Under the pieces are notes generated by a model. That model searched no databases. It saw nothing but the letters and a program-made list of their open reading frames with translations, and was not told the DNA's origin. The position numbers and the translations under genes are program-made. Positions 19,583 to 29,203 of a DNA stretch of 64,000 bases are shown here, piece after piece. This DNA comes from Nannocystales bacterium (GTDB lineage: Bacteria > Myxococcota_A > Polyangia > Nannocystales > Nannocystaceae). How positions within the stretch are numbered: position 1 is the stretch's first letter; each line of letters begins with the position of its first letter. The stretch lies in assembly GCA_050633305.1 (NCBI GenBank), contig JBOEGF010000001.1:172527-236526 (forward strand), read 5' to 3'.

Positions 19583-20086
19583 CTAGGGGCTTTGTTCGGC
19601 GAGCCGGCGGTTCATCCAAACCGCGGACTTGTCCCAACCATCCACCATGTTGGTCTCGGCGGCGCGTTCGGCCAAGGATCCGACGCCGAAGATCTTGATG
19701 CGCACCTGGTGCGCGCTGATCCGAAGGCACTTGTTGTCGCCCAGCGGTTTGGTGGTCACATCGCCACCGAGCGAGATCCGATCGGTGAGGACGCTGAGTC
19801 GGAGGTCGTAGCGCCAGCGCTGCTCTTTGGGGTGCCAGACGCCCGCTTCGGTGTAGCCCAGCTTGGGTCCGAGAATCTTGGCGACCGCGGCCGGAAGGAC
19901 GAGCTTGGGCGTGACCTGCATCGGGCGAAGCTTCGTCTCGCCGGAGTCGGTCAGTGGACCGACCTCGCAAGCTGCGAATCCGAGGCCCTCGACGATCATG
20001 TCGCGGGTGAAGACGGGCTCGAGGAACAGCTCCCAGAAGCGTTCTTCGGAGCAATCGATCTCGTGCTCGAGGGTGAAGTTCAGCAC
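19583..20086 (-). CDS. DUF2505-like (START/SRPBCC superfamily) protein
   Basis: FTLEHEIDCSEERFWELF start and helix-grip-like pattern ending in a long helix. Confidence 0.7.
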   Translation of the reverse strand: MLNFTLEHEIDCSEERFWELFLEPVFTRDMIVEGLGFAACEVGPLTDSGETKLRPMQVTPKLVLPAAVAKILGPKLGYTEAGVWHPKEQRWRYDLRLSVLTDRISLGGDVTTKPLGDNKCLRISAHQVRIKIFGVGSLAERAAETNMVDGWDKSAVWMNRRLAEQSP

Positions 20087-20111
20087 GGGCGCACGGTATC
20101 AGGCCGCCTCG

Positions 20112-21662
20112 TTACTTGCATCGCTCGGTCCATTCGCTCGCGACCCCACCGACCTCGAGCACCACAACCGAGGCTCGACGCGGGGGTCGAACCTGGCTGT
20201 AGTGCGGATCGTCGAACGAGGCGACTTGGCGGACCGCGAACGGAGGGGAAAACAGGCGGCCCCAGTCGGCTGGGACGACCAGGTGCGTGGGTTGCTCGCG
20301 GACGAAGACACACAGCTTCGCCTCGCGGTTGGTGTGGGCGTGTGCGGCCGCGCCGTGGTTGAGACCGACGAGATCGACGATGCGAACGGAGCGGGGGGTG
20401 AAGAACCGGTGCGCTCCTGCGCCCTCGACCGCGATGACGGCGTCCGGCGGAAGGTTTTCCGTGAGCCAGCTCGACACTGCGGTGTGGAGAACACGCGTGT
20501 CTTCGGTGTGCTCGACCAACTGGGCCCGCAGCTGCCAGATCTGCAAGCCGGTCAGTCCGGCGATCGGGAGCAATGCTCCGAATGCCGCGACCCGGATCCA
20601 CCGCCGCGCTTCAGGCCGAAGGGCGGTCAGTCCGAGCGGGAGGACCACAAGCGGCAGGGGAGCCAGCGGGGTGAAGTAGCGCGACTCGAAGAACAGCACG
20701 CCGGGGTGAAGGGGGCGGCTCACGGCGATGGCGATCGACGTCGCTACGAACGCGAGGATGAGTCCCCATGCTCCGCTCTGTTTGGCTCGCGTCTCCTCGC
20801 GCAGGGCGAACGCGATGAGGGCAACCCCGGTCAGCGAGAGCAGCCACGGTTGCCACACGAGCACTTCGTCGCGCAGGTACGCCAGGCCGCTCCATCCTCC
20901 GCCGGTGCCCTTGATGTACTGCGCGTTGGGCCACGGGTGCCCGGACACGGCGAGGCAGTACCCGACCCACAGGGCAAGGCCGAGCACGGCACCGCACACG
21001 GCCCAGCCCGCCGCACGGACCCGGGGGTTCTCGGAACGATGCCGCCATTGCGTCGCCCCGAGCACGACACCGAACGCAACGACTGCCCCGAGGAGTTCTG
21101 GGCGAGCCCACGTGCTCAGGAGACCCATCGCGGCGGCAACGATGGCTCGCCCGCGTAAAACCTCCCGAACGGTCGCCAGCAACACGAACGCGGCGAGCGG
21201 AACCTCCATCCCGCTCGTTGCCGCTTGCAGCAACGTGGGGGAGCACGCGACGAGGACGCCTCCGAGCATGGCGAGGGAGGCGAGGGGGACCGGGTGCTCG
21301 GGCTCGGTCCGGCGGCGCGCCAACTCCAGCGTGACCAGGGCGCCCATCCAACTCGTCGCGGCGTGCAGCAGCGCGCCGAGCAACTTGACCGGGATGATGG
21401 GGTTGCCCGCGATGGGCCACACGCCCAACGCCAGCACCCAAAGCGGGGAGGAAAAGCCGGTCTCGAGGTCACCGGGGTTGTAGGAAAGCCCGTCCCCGGC
21501 CCGCAGACTCTTGGCGTAGGCGAGGTGAATCCACGCGTCGTCGAGGGCGAAGTCCCGAGTCTCCCAGATCATGACGGCCGCGAGGCCGAACCCGACCAGG
21601 GCGCTGATGAATGCGATGGACGACTCGGTGCGGTGAGCACTGTCGCGGGCGTCGGGAGGCAT
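20112..21662 (-). CDS. GT-C-like integral membrane glycosyltransferase
   Basis: DDAWIHLAYAKSL..G..YNPG..GFSSPLW after the first TM, SGME, ARPE, SRYF, DLVGL motifs; multiple TMs. Confidence 0.75.
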   Translation of the reverse strand: MPPDARDSAHRTESSIAFISALVGFGLAAVMIWETRDFALDDAWIHLAYAKSLRAGDGLSYNPGDLETGFSSPLWVLALGVWPIAGNPIIPVKLLGALLHAATSWMGALVTLELARRRTEPEHPVPLASLAMLGGVLVACSPTLLQAATSGMEVPLAAFVLLATVREVLRGRAIVAAAMGLLSTWARPELLGAVVAFGVVLGATQWRHRSENPRVRAAGWAVCGAVLGLALWVGYCLAVSGHPWPNAQYIKGTGGGWSGLAYLRDEVLVWQPWLLSLTGVALIAFALREETRAKQSGAWGLILAFVATSIAIAVSRPLHPGVLFFESRYFTPLAPLPLVVLPLGLTALRPEARRWIRVAAFGALLPIAGLTGLQIWQLRAQLVEHTEDTRVLHTAVSSWLTENLPPDAVIAVEGAGAHRFFTPRSVRIVDLVGLNHGAAAHAHTNREAKLCVFVREQPTHLVVPADWGRLFSPPFAVRQVASFDDPHYSQVRPPRRASVVVLEVGGVASEWTERCK

Positions 21663-21849
21663 GGGCGGTTCCGCAGCGTCCGCTCTTGGGACGGACGCAC
21701 GTCAGCCCCCAAGGTGGCAGAGCCTCCCACCAAAATGAAGGCATCACGCGCATCTTCCTTGCGTTCCGGATCGGAGACCGGCATAACAGAGAGGCACAGG
21801 ACACGGAGCGCGCCGGGGGGCTTGCAAACGTGTCCATTGCAGACAACAT

Positions 21850-21993
21850 CTCTGCGAGGTTTCGGACAGCACGCTTGTGCTGAGATGCGGCTCAAGCCGT
21901 ATCACCGCGGAGTACCAAGATTTGTGAACACCTGTTGCAGGGTTTCCCACCGGGAGTCAGCGCCAACTCTGGCGCACCTCGATCCCGCTGGAG
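21850..21993 (+). promoter_or_regulatory. Structured 5' leader of the sigma factor gene
   Basis: Stem CTCTGCG/CGCGGAG encloses hairpins CAGCAC-GCTT-GTGCTG and GATGCGGC-TCAA-GCCGTATC; a second stem-loop ends next to the GGAG RBS. Confidence 0.4.
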
Positions 21994-22000
21994 AATCCCC

Positions 22001-22864
22001 ATGTTCGATTTCGCTTCCGAAAAAGGCTTCAAGCAATACCTCGCTTCCATTGAGCGCTACCCCAAGCTGGACCGCGCCGGTGAACTGTCCCTGGCGACCG
22101 CCTATCACGCTGGGGACAAGTCCAAGGGAGACCTTCTCGTCTCCTGCAACCTCCGCTTCGTGGTGAAGATCGCCGTCGGCTACTGCGGCTACGGCTTCAA
22201 GCTCAGCGACCTGGTCGCCGAGGGCAACATTGGTCTGCTCCAGGCTGTTCGGCGCTTTGAGCCCGAAAGGGGTCTTCGCTTCATGACCTACGCGTCGTAC
22301 TGGGTTCGTGCCCACGTGCTCTCGTACATCCTCAAGCACTGGAGCCTCGTCGGTGTCGGCACTGGACCCATGCAGAGCAAGCTGTTCTTCCGCCTGCAGC
22401 GGGAGAAGGCCAAACTCCTCGCCCGGACCGGGTCGAGCGAGAACATCACCGCCAAGCTGGCCGAGACCTTCCAGTGCACCGAGGACCGCATCCGTCGCAT
22501 GGAGCAGCGTATCGACGGCCGCGACCTGTCTCTGGACGCGAAGGCGTACCGCGATGGCACCGTGTCGATTCTCGAGACGCTCGAGGGCACCGGCGCGTCA
22601 CAAGAGACGACTCTGTCCCGCACCGAGGTCTCCTCTCTCGTGCGAGAGCGGGTCGAGGAAGCACTGACGCGCTTCGACCAGCGCGAGCAGGTCATCGTCC
22701 GCGAGCGGCTCCTCGGAGCCCAGAAACGCACGCTCTCGGACCTCGGCCAACAGCTCGGCCTCTCGCGAGAGCGCGTCCGTCAGCTCGAGCAGCGTGTCAA
22801 AGGCAAGCTGCGTCGCACACTCGCTGACCTGGCTCCTCAAGAGTCCTACCTCGAAGCTGCCTGA
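22001..22864 (+). CDS. RpoH (sigma-32)-family RNA polymerase sigma factor
   Basis: NLRFVVKIA, DLVAEGNIGLLQAV.RFEPERG.RF.TYA.YW, RpoH-box-like QSKLFFRL, region 4 LSRERVRQLE; ATG 22001 with GGAG RBS. Confidence 0.93.
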   Translation: MFDFASEKGFKQYLASIERYPKLDRAGELSLATAYHAGDKSKGDLLVSCNLRFVVKIAVGYCGYGFKLSDLVAEGNIGLLQAVRRFEPERGLRFMTYASYWVRAHVLSYILKHWSLVGVGTGPMQSKLFFRLQREKAKLLARTGSSENITAKLAETFQCTEDRIRRMEQRIDGRDLSLDAKAYRDGTVSILETLEGTGASQETTLSRTEVSSLVRERVEEALTRFDQREQVIVRERLLGAQKRTLSDLGQQLGLSRERVRQLEQRVKGKLRRTLADLAPQESYLEAA

Positions 22865-22894
22865 GCCCGCGGATTCTCCAACCACTCCGATCGA

Positions 22895-22932
22895 GGAACG
22901 CCCTCGGTGCCATGGGCATCGAGGGCGTTTTC
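22895..22932 (+). terminator. Intrinsic terminator downstream of the sigma gene
   Basis: AACGCCCTCGGTGCC-ATG-GGCATCGAGGGCGTT followed by TTC, between convergent genes. Confidence 0.7.
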
Positions 22933-22959
22933 GTGTCTCCGAACCGAAGGCCGGGCGGG

Positions 22960-23721
22960 CTACTCGTCGTCGAGCTCGATGGTGAGCACGGTGATGTTGT
23001 CCTTGCCACCGCAGTCGTTGGCAAACCGGACCGCCTCGAGCGTTGCGTCCTCCACATCCATGTCGCGGAAGAACGCCATGTCAGAGGGCTGTTCCGCGTA
23101 CCCATGAAATCCGTCCGAGCAGAGGATGATTCGGTCGCCCGCGAACAAGGGGATCGGGAGGGTGTCGACCTCGACGTAGTCTTTGTGGCCGACCGCTCGC
23201 GTGATGACGTTCTTTGCCCGCGAGGTCTGAGCCTGCTCGGGCGTGATCAGCCCGTGCTTGAGCTGGTAGTTGATCAGCGTGTGGTCCTCGGTGAGCTGGG
23301 CGACCTCGCCCTTGCGCACCAAGTAGACGCGCGAGTCTCCGACCTGGCCGACCACGCCGATGCCCCCGCACACCAAGAAGACGGAGGCGGTTGTGCTCAT
23401 GCCCCGTTGCTCGGGGTCGAGCTCGCCCATGCTGTGGATCATGTAGCAAGCGTTCTGGATCGCACCGCGCACGAGCTGGGTCAGTTGGCCCACGCGAGCT
23501 GCCGCGTCCCCCGCTGCGATCTCATGGATGAGGGACTCGTTGCGCTTGAGCCATTCCCAGATCAGCTCGACTGTCTCCTGGGAGGCGACTTCGCCTTTGG
23601 CTCGGCCGCCGACGCCGTCGGCGACAACGAAGACGCCCAGGTCGGGGTCTGCGAGGTGCGAGTCCTCGTTGTGCTCACGGGAGAGCCCAACGTCGGTGTG
23701 TCCGAAATAGCGGATCTGCAT
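22960..23721 (-). CDS. PP2C/PPM Ser/Thr protein phosphatase
   Basis: TDVGLSREHNED, VADGVGG, VGDSRVY, NVITRAVG, CSDG, GGKDNIT; start re-chosen at MQIRYFG. Confidence 0.94.
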   Translation of the reverse strand: MQIRYFGHTDVGLSREHNEDSHLADPDLGVFVVADGVGGRAKGEVASQETVELIWEWLKRNESLIHEIAAGDAAARVGQLTQLVRGAIQNACYMIHSMGELDPEQRGMSTTASVFLVCGGIGVVGQVGDSRVYLVRKGEVAQLTEDHTLINYQLKHGLITPEQAQTSRAKNVITRAVGHKDYVEVDTLPIPLFAGDRIILCSDGFHGYAEQPSDMAFFRDMDVEDATLEAVRFANDCGGKDNITVLTIELDDE

Positions 23722-23761
23722 CCAGCGTCGAAGGTACCACGGCGGCCTGCCAACCAACCGC

Positions 23762-24694
23762 TCAAGACTGGGACCAACCGGGCGCGGGCGCGACGATGAG
23801 CGGCTCGGCGGGCTCGAGCTGGAACGCCCAGGCGTGCAGCAAAACCTGCGCGTCTCCCGGGGCGCACCCGTACAGTCCGTCGCCCTCGAGCGGGAGTCCG
23901 AGGCTCGCCATATGAACCCGGATCTGATGGCGTCGACCGGTGAGCAACTCGATGGCGAAAACCGCTCCGTCCGCATTCAGTGGCCAGATCCGCGATGCCG
24001 CGGGCGACCCTCCGTCATCGGCTTCGATCCGCCGTCCGCGTGGACCGGTGGAGATCAGGGGCCAGGTCACGCGCGTGCCCTCCTGGCTCGGTGGGTCGAG
24101 TGACGTGCCCGTGGGCCAGCGGGGCCGATCAGCGTGAATCCGCACGTGCGCTGAAGGTGGGGGCGGCCACGTTTTCGCCGGCTGCTCGACGCGCGCGAGA
24201 TAGAGCTTCCACGCGTTGGCGATCGCTTCTCGACCTTCGCGCCAGGCCGTGGCCGATCGGGCGAACGCGACGACACCCGAGGTCGATACGTCCAGTCGGT
24301 GGAGCGCTCCACACTCTCGGGGGTCAGGGCTGGCTTCCGCGCACGCAGGTTCCACGCCGCGGGCCACGTCGGCGAGCGTCGGCGGGTCGTCTGGGCGGAG
24401 ACGGACGGTGTGAAGTCCCGCGGGTTTGTGCAGGTAGACAAAGCGCTCTGTCAGCCCGAGCACATCGGCCGTCGGTGTCGCGACTTCGGGTTGCGCAGTG
24501 GGAAGCCGCACCTCGACAGCTTCGCCGGCGCGAACGAGATGGGCGCCCGGGACGACGCGCCCTGCACAGCGGATGTGTCCCTCGCGCGCGAGCGTCTTCG
24601 CCAGTCGTCTCGAGACCTCCGGGAGCACACGGGCCACGAACGCATCGATGCGGCTTCCTTCGTCCGCCTCGGTGACTGTCAGCGTCTTGTACAC
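23762..24694 (-). CDS. RluA/RluD-family pseudouridine synthase with S4 domain
   Basis: RIDAFV..SR (S4), KPAG, HRLDVSTSG with catalytic Asp, TGRRHQIRVH, GDGLYG, LHA. Confidence 0.9.
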   Translation of the reverse strand: MYKTLTVTEADEGSRIDAFVARVLPEVSRRLAKTLAREGHIRCAGRVVPGAHLVRAGEAVEVRLPTAQPEVATPTADVLGLTERFVYLHKPAGLHTVRLRPDDPPTLADVARGVEPACAEASPDPRECGALHRLDVSTSGVVAFARSATAWREGREAIANAWKLYLARVEQPAKTWPPPPSAHVRIHADRPRWPTGTSLDPPSQEGTRVTWPLISTGPRGRRIEADDGGSPAASRIWPLNADGAVFAIELLTGRRHQIRVHMASLGLPLEGDGLYGCAPGDAQVLLHAWAFQLEPAEPLIVAPAPGWSQS

Positions 24695-25918
24695 TCAGCT
24701 ACGCCAGGGATTGAGGAGGAACGCTCGGGTGGTTGTTCCCGCGGGTAGGGAGGGCGTGCCGCCGGGGACCTCGAGCAGCGCATCCGCCCCGCCCATCGAA
24801 CGCACATCGCCGGAGGTCTGACTGCCGAGGGCGGTCGCGGTGCCGTCGTCGTGAAGCTCGGCGCGCACCAGGTGAGCGCGTCGTCCGGCTCCGGGCGCTG
24901 CGTTTCGCAGCTCGACCGCGGTCGTGGGGGGGAGGACATCTCCGCGGACGCCGAGATGTCGGCGGATGGCGGGAGCGACGAACAGGCAAAACGTCACCCA
25001 CGAGCTTGCTGGGTTGCCAGGGAGGCCGAACACATGGGTGCCTCGGCCGGAACCGAACGCGAGGGGCTTTCCGGGACGAAGGAGAATCCCATGGACGGCC
25101 CATTCGACGCCGAGTTGTTCGAACGTGCGCGCGACCAGGTCGTGGTCTCCGACCGAGATCCCGCCGCTGGTCACAACGAAGTCGTGCGTCATCGCGGCGG
25201 TCAGGGCGGTCTGGAGTCCGTCGGGGTCGTCGGGGGCGATGCCGCAGTCGACCGGAATCCCTCCGGCTTGCACGACCGCGGCGGCCAACAGCAGGTCGTT
25301 GCTGCTGACAACCTTGCCCGCTGGCGGGACGACGCCACGCGGGACCAGCTCGTCGCCCGTCGAGACAATGGCGACTCGTGGGCGGGCGTGGACCTGCAGA
25401 GTCGTGTTGCCGGTGGATGCTGCGACGGAGAGGTCGGCGGCGCCGAGCCTGCGCCCCGCCTCGAGGACGACGTCACGTGCCTGGAGCTCACTGCCCTTGT
25501 GCCGAACCCAGCGGCCCGGCCGAACCTCTCCAAAGGCCGAAAGATCGACGGCAACCTCCCCTTCGGATGCCTCGACGTCCTCTTGGGGAATGACGAGGTC
25601 GGCTCCGAAGGGAAGGACCGCGCCCGTCGAAATCCGCGCGGTCTGGCCGGCGTTCAGCTCGGCCGACAAGGGGTGTCCCGCAGCGCTCTCCCCAACCCGT
25701 TGCAGGATGGGTCGTGTCCCAGTGAGGTCCGCGGAGCGGGCGGCGTAGCCATCCATCACGCTCACGTCGGCCGACGGAAAATCCCAGTGGGCATGGACGT
25801 CTTGTGCGAGCACGCTGCCCATGGTCGAGACCTCGACGGGCACCGTGACGACCGCGGCGGGCTCCACCGACTTCAGGACGCACTGCAGGGCGTCGCGCCA
25901 GGGGATGAGTGGCTTCAT
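24695..25918 (-). CDS. moeA: Molybdopterin molybdotransferase
   Basis: SVMDGYA, ISTGAVLP.GAD, STGDEL, TSGGISVGDHD, RPGKP, GLPGNP; start re-chosen at MKPLIPW (ATGA overlap). Confidence 0.94.
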   Translation of the reverse strand: MKPLIPWRDALQCVLKSVEPAAVVTVPVEVSTMGSVLAQDVHAHWDFPSADVSVMDGYAARSADLTGTRPILQRVGESAAGHPLSAELNAGQTARISTGAVLPFGADLVIPQEDVEASEGEVAVDLSAFGEVRPGRWVRHKGSELQARDVVLEAGRRLGAADLSVAASTGNTTLQVHARPRVAIVSTGDELVPRGVVPPAGKVVSSNDLLLAAAVVQAGGIPVDCGIAPDDPDGLQTALTAAMTHDFVVTSGGISVGDHDLVARTFEQLGVEWAVHGILLRPGKPLAFGSGRGTHVFGLPGNPASSWVTFCLFVAPAIRRHLGVRGDVLPPTTAVELRNAAPGAGRRAHLVRAELHDDGTATALGSQTSGDVRSMGGADALLEVPGGTPSLPAGTTTRAFLLNPWRS

Positions 25919-28047
25919 GGCAGCTGGGGGTCGCGCGCACCGGGGGTGCGAGCGGTGGCGGCGGTGGAGGGGACTCGGGTGGGCGCGGCGGGCTTGGTGG
26001 TGGTGAGCTTCCGTGCGGGCGGTGCCTTGGCCGGCGCCTTGGTGGACGCCTGGGGCGAGGGCTTCGGCGCGGCCTTGTCCGGGACCCTCGAGGTGCCTGC
26101 GGTGGAGGGGGCCCGTTGTGCCGGCGGTGGTGGCTTCGCGTCGGTGAATCCCCGCGGAGACGGCGCTTTGACCGTGCCGCCGACTTTGCCCTTGTCGACG
26201 TAGACGACCAATGTGTTGCCCGGCTTCGGGTCGTGCCCACGAGAGAAATGATTGATGCGAGCGAGGTCTCCCACGCTCAGCTCGAACCGGCGACCGATCT
26301 TCGCCAGCGTATCGCCCGATTTTGTCTTGTACCCGCGACGTCTCTTTCCTCGGCGCAGCAGTGCTGCCTCCAGATGCGCCCGGGAGCCCCGGACGACGTA
26401 TTCGACCTCGTGCATCTCGTGGGCGATGACCGCCTCCGACGCGGGGTCGAAGCTGCTGGGCACCACGATCTGGAGCACTTGTGCTGCCTGGACGCGGGCA
26501 TGGGGGTCGAGGTCGTTCCACCGAACGACATCCGGCCACGGCACATCAAAGCTGCGCTCCAGCTCGCGTGGGGTCGAGGCGCGTGTTGTCTGGAAGAACA
26601 CGAGGCGGTGGCCGGGAGGCACTGCAATGTCGGGGACCGCAGCGAGCGGGCGTGGCGGGGGCTCGCTCCGCGTGTCCGCCTCGGCATGCTTCGCTCCGGG
26701 CCGCGGGACGATGAGCGTGATGCCGCCACGTACCTCCGCGCTGTCGCGGATGCCGTTGAGCTTTCGAAGCTCGCGCGTGCTCGTCTTGTAACGGCGTGCG
26801 ATGGAGGCGAGTGACTCCCCCGTCTTCACCGCATGCGTCGACTCCTGGCTCCACGCCGTCTCGAGCTTGGACTGCGCGGATGCGAAGGCCTGCGCCTTGT
26901 CGCGTGGGATCCGGACCGAGTAGGGAACGTCGGAGGGGGGCGTTCGCTCGCGGATGAGGTGGGCGTTGAGCTCGAACAGAAAGTCCGCGTCCACATCCAG
27001 CACCTCGGCCAGCGTCGAGAGGCGGGTCGAGCGTTGCACCCGGACCTCGACCCAGTCCGCCGCAGGCAGCACCTTGATCTGCGAGGGGTGAACGCCGAAC
27101 GCTTTGGGGTTGGCTCGCACGAGGGCGGCTGCGACGATCTTGGGCACGTAGTTCGTCGTCGCGTACGGGAGGCCGCTCTCGATCTCGCACAGACTCCAAT
27201 AGTTGTTGGTGTTGTGCCGCTCGATCGTGGTCATCACCAGCCCGTAGCCGGCGTTGTAGGCGGCCAAGGCGAGTTCCCATGACCCGAAGCGAACCCTCAA
27301 GTCCTTGAGGTACAGCGCAGCGGCGAGGGTGCTCTTTTCAACATCAAAGCGTGCGTCGACCCAGAAGCTCTGTCCCAGCCCATAGACCTGGCCGGTGCCG
27401 GCCATGAACTGCCAGGCTCCTGCGGCACCGACCCGAGAGCGCACGGTGGGGTTGAACCCACTCTCCGCCATCGCGACCATGACCAGTGAGGTCGGCACCT
27501 CTGCGCGCTCGAGGGTCGAGGCCATCGCCTCGGAGTACCGACCTGCCCGACGCATCCAACCGCGGATCATCGCCTTGCCCTTGGGGTCGTCGCGGAAGTA
27601 GCGGAGATACTCGACCGTCTTCTTGTTCCACCGCACCGGAAGGTCGGGGAGCTTCAGTTCCGCCATCCAGGGGTCGGGCGGGGCATCGATGATCGTCTTG
27701 GTGCGCTGCCCCTGGGGAAAGGTCGCGCGCTCGAAGCCGGCAAGCGCGTCCGTGTCTTCACGACCGGGGTCTCGTGCGCCGGGGGCCCATGCGACGTGGA
27801 CCGATGCGCCGTCAGGGCGTCCGCCTCGGACCCGGCGCCGACGAGTTTCTGAGACCGAAAGCGAGCCGATCTGCACCTGCGCCTGGTCGCCCTTCGCGGC
27901 GAATGCGGACGAACTGGGGGCCAGCAGGGTACTGACCCCCACCCAAACGGCGGTCCAGCCCCCCCAAAGGGGGGCCAGGCGACGTCCTACACGGAGTCGA
28001 ACCGGGCTCGCACCCGGCGCGTTCGGGACTGAGCGCCGCTTCGGCAT
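25915..28047 (-). CDS. MltD-like lytic transglycosylase with LysM domains
   Basis: AMAES..P..RSRVGAAGAWQFM, LALAAYNAG, TTNYVPK; several LysM repeats; Lys/Pro/Ala-rich tail. Confidence 0.9.
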   Translation of the reverse strand: MPKRRSVPNAPGASPVRLRVGRRLAPLWGGWTAVWVGVSTLLAPSSSAFAAKGDQAQVQIGSLSVSETRRRRVRGGRPDGASVHVAWAPGARDPGREDTDALAGFERATFPQGQRTKTIIDAPPDPWMAELKLPDLPVRWNKKTVEYLRYFRDDPKGKAMIRGWMRRAGRYSEAMASTLERAEVPTSLVMVAMAESGFNPTVRSRVGAAGAWQFMAGTGQVYGLGQSFWVDARFDVEKSTLAAALYLKDLRVRFGSWELALAAYNAGYGLVMTTIERHNTNNYWSLCEIESGLPYATTNYVPKIVAAALVRANPKAFGVHPSQIKVLPAADWVEVRVQRSTRLSTLAEVLDVDADFLFELNAHLIRERTPPSDVPYSVRIPRDKAQAFASAQSKLETAWSQESTHAVKTGESLASIARRYKTSTRELRKLNGIRDSAEVRGGITLIVPRPGAKHAEADTRSEPPPRPLAAVPDIAVPPGHRLVFFQTTRASTPRELERSFDVPWPDVVRWNDLDPHARVQAAQVLQIVVPSSFDPASEAVIAHEMHEVEYVVRGSRAHLEAALLRRGKRRRGYKTKSGDTLAKIGRRFELSVGDLARINHFSRGHDPKPGNTLVVYVDKGKVGGTVKAPSPRGFTDAKPPPPAQRAPSTAGTSRVPDKAAPKPSPQASTKAPAKAPPARKLTTTKPAAPTRVPSTAATARTPGARDPQLP

Positions 28048-28092
28048 GGAAGCACGCTAGCAAAGCCGTCCAAAGACGACTACCTTCTCTCC

Positions 28093-28368
28093 ATGACGTT
28101 CGCTCTGGTCGGACTTGGCATCGGTCCCCTCGAGATCGGGGTGATCCTTATCGTCGTGCTGTTGGTCTTCGGCCCGTCGAAGCTCCCGCAGCTCGGCGAG
28201 GGTGTCGGCAAAATGCTCCGCGGCTTCAAAAAAGAGATGAAGTCGATGGAAGAGGAGAGCGGCGACAAGGTGGCCGACAAGGACGACCCCGCAGGTGAGA
28301 TCGACGTCACGCCCAAAGGCGAGAGCAGCGACAGCGACAGCGGCGACAAAGACAAAAAGTCCGCCTGA
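28093..28368 (+). CDS. tatA: Twin-arginine translocase subunit TatA
   Basis: IGPLEIGVILIVVLLVFGPSKLPQLGEGVGKMLRGFKK. Confidence 0.92.
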   Translation: MTFALVGLGIGPLEIGVILIVVLLVFGPSKLPQLGEGVGKMLRGFKKEMKSMEEESGDKVADKDDPAGEIDVTPKGESSDSDSGDKDKKSA

Positions 28369-28411
28369 GACTGCTCGTCGAGCCCGGGCCCCGGAGCCCG
28401 TGAAACACCCA

Positions 28412-29158
28412 TCAGCTCGTAGGCGCCAAGCGTCTACGGGCTGCTGTCTGTAGGGAAGGGTGGATCGCCGGATCGTTGGCGAGTTCGCGTTGTTCGGCTC
28501 GATTGAGCAAGCCGACCAAACGCAGCGCCGTCGCCAGCGGGAGTCGAGGATTTCGCAGCAACGCTCGGCGAACACGGGGCCGGGTGCCGAACCGCCGCGC
28601 GTCCAACACCAGCTGGAGGACCACCGCCGAACTCCGACGCGAGGTCGCGATCCGCAGAATGTCCTCCTCTGTCATGTGGGGGTTGCCCAGAAGAAGGGCG
28701 ACCACATCCTCGTGCGGGTCGATCACCAGGCGTTCGAGTGTGCTCCGGTCATTCGAACGGGCGAGCGACTTTCGCTCTCCGAGTGTCAGGGGGCGGGTCC
28801 CCGGGACCAACGGGCGCGGCGCGGCCGCGGCGGCGGTCTCCGAGGTCGCTTGCTCGGTGAACAACAGCTCCTTGCACCCGTCGAGTTGCTGAGCCTCGGC
28901 AATGACGTAGATCTCGCGCCGTGTCTCGTAGTCGAGGAGCGCACTCGAGGTCAGGTCGACAGCCGCGAGCAGGCTGACATCGAACGGCGGTCCTCCGGCG
29001 CGGCCCGCAGTGGCCAGCATGTCGAGCAGCCATGCGGCGGCGTCCGGTGACAGTCCGCGAACGATCTCGCCGAGCTTCGCCGCACGCATACGACGATCCG
29101 GAAGCGCCGCCAGCCGGCGGGCGACCGCGCGAGGATCGTCCGAAGCTGACCGCGTCAC
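28412..29158 (-). CDS. Hypothetical alpha-helical repeat protein
   Basis: LTLGERKSLAR..RLVIDPH.DVV.LLL.NP and RRALLRNP short helical repeats. Confidence 0.7.
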   Translation of the reverse strand: MTRSASDDPRAVARRLAALPDRRMRAAKLGEIVRGLSPDAAAWLLDMLATAGRAGGPPFDVSLLAAVDLTSSALLDYETRREIYVIAEAQQLDGCKELLFTEQATSETAAAAAPRPLVPGTRPLTLGERKSLARSNDRSTLERLVIDPHEDVVALLLGNPHMTEEDILRIATSRRSSAVVLQLVLDARRFGTRPRVRRALLRNPRLPLATALRLVGLLNRAEQRELANDPAIHPSLQTAARRRLAPTS

Positions 29159-29203
29159 CCCGGCAGTGTTTCATCGAAGTTGGCCCGCGGCCAACAAGCG
29201 GCG

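Noticed and set aside
25919..26539. Apparent 200-aa N-terminal extension of MoeA
   Set aside because: Out-of-frame overlap with the transglycosylase gene; the ATGA-coupled start at 25918 gives a normal-sized MoeA.
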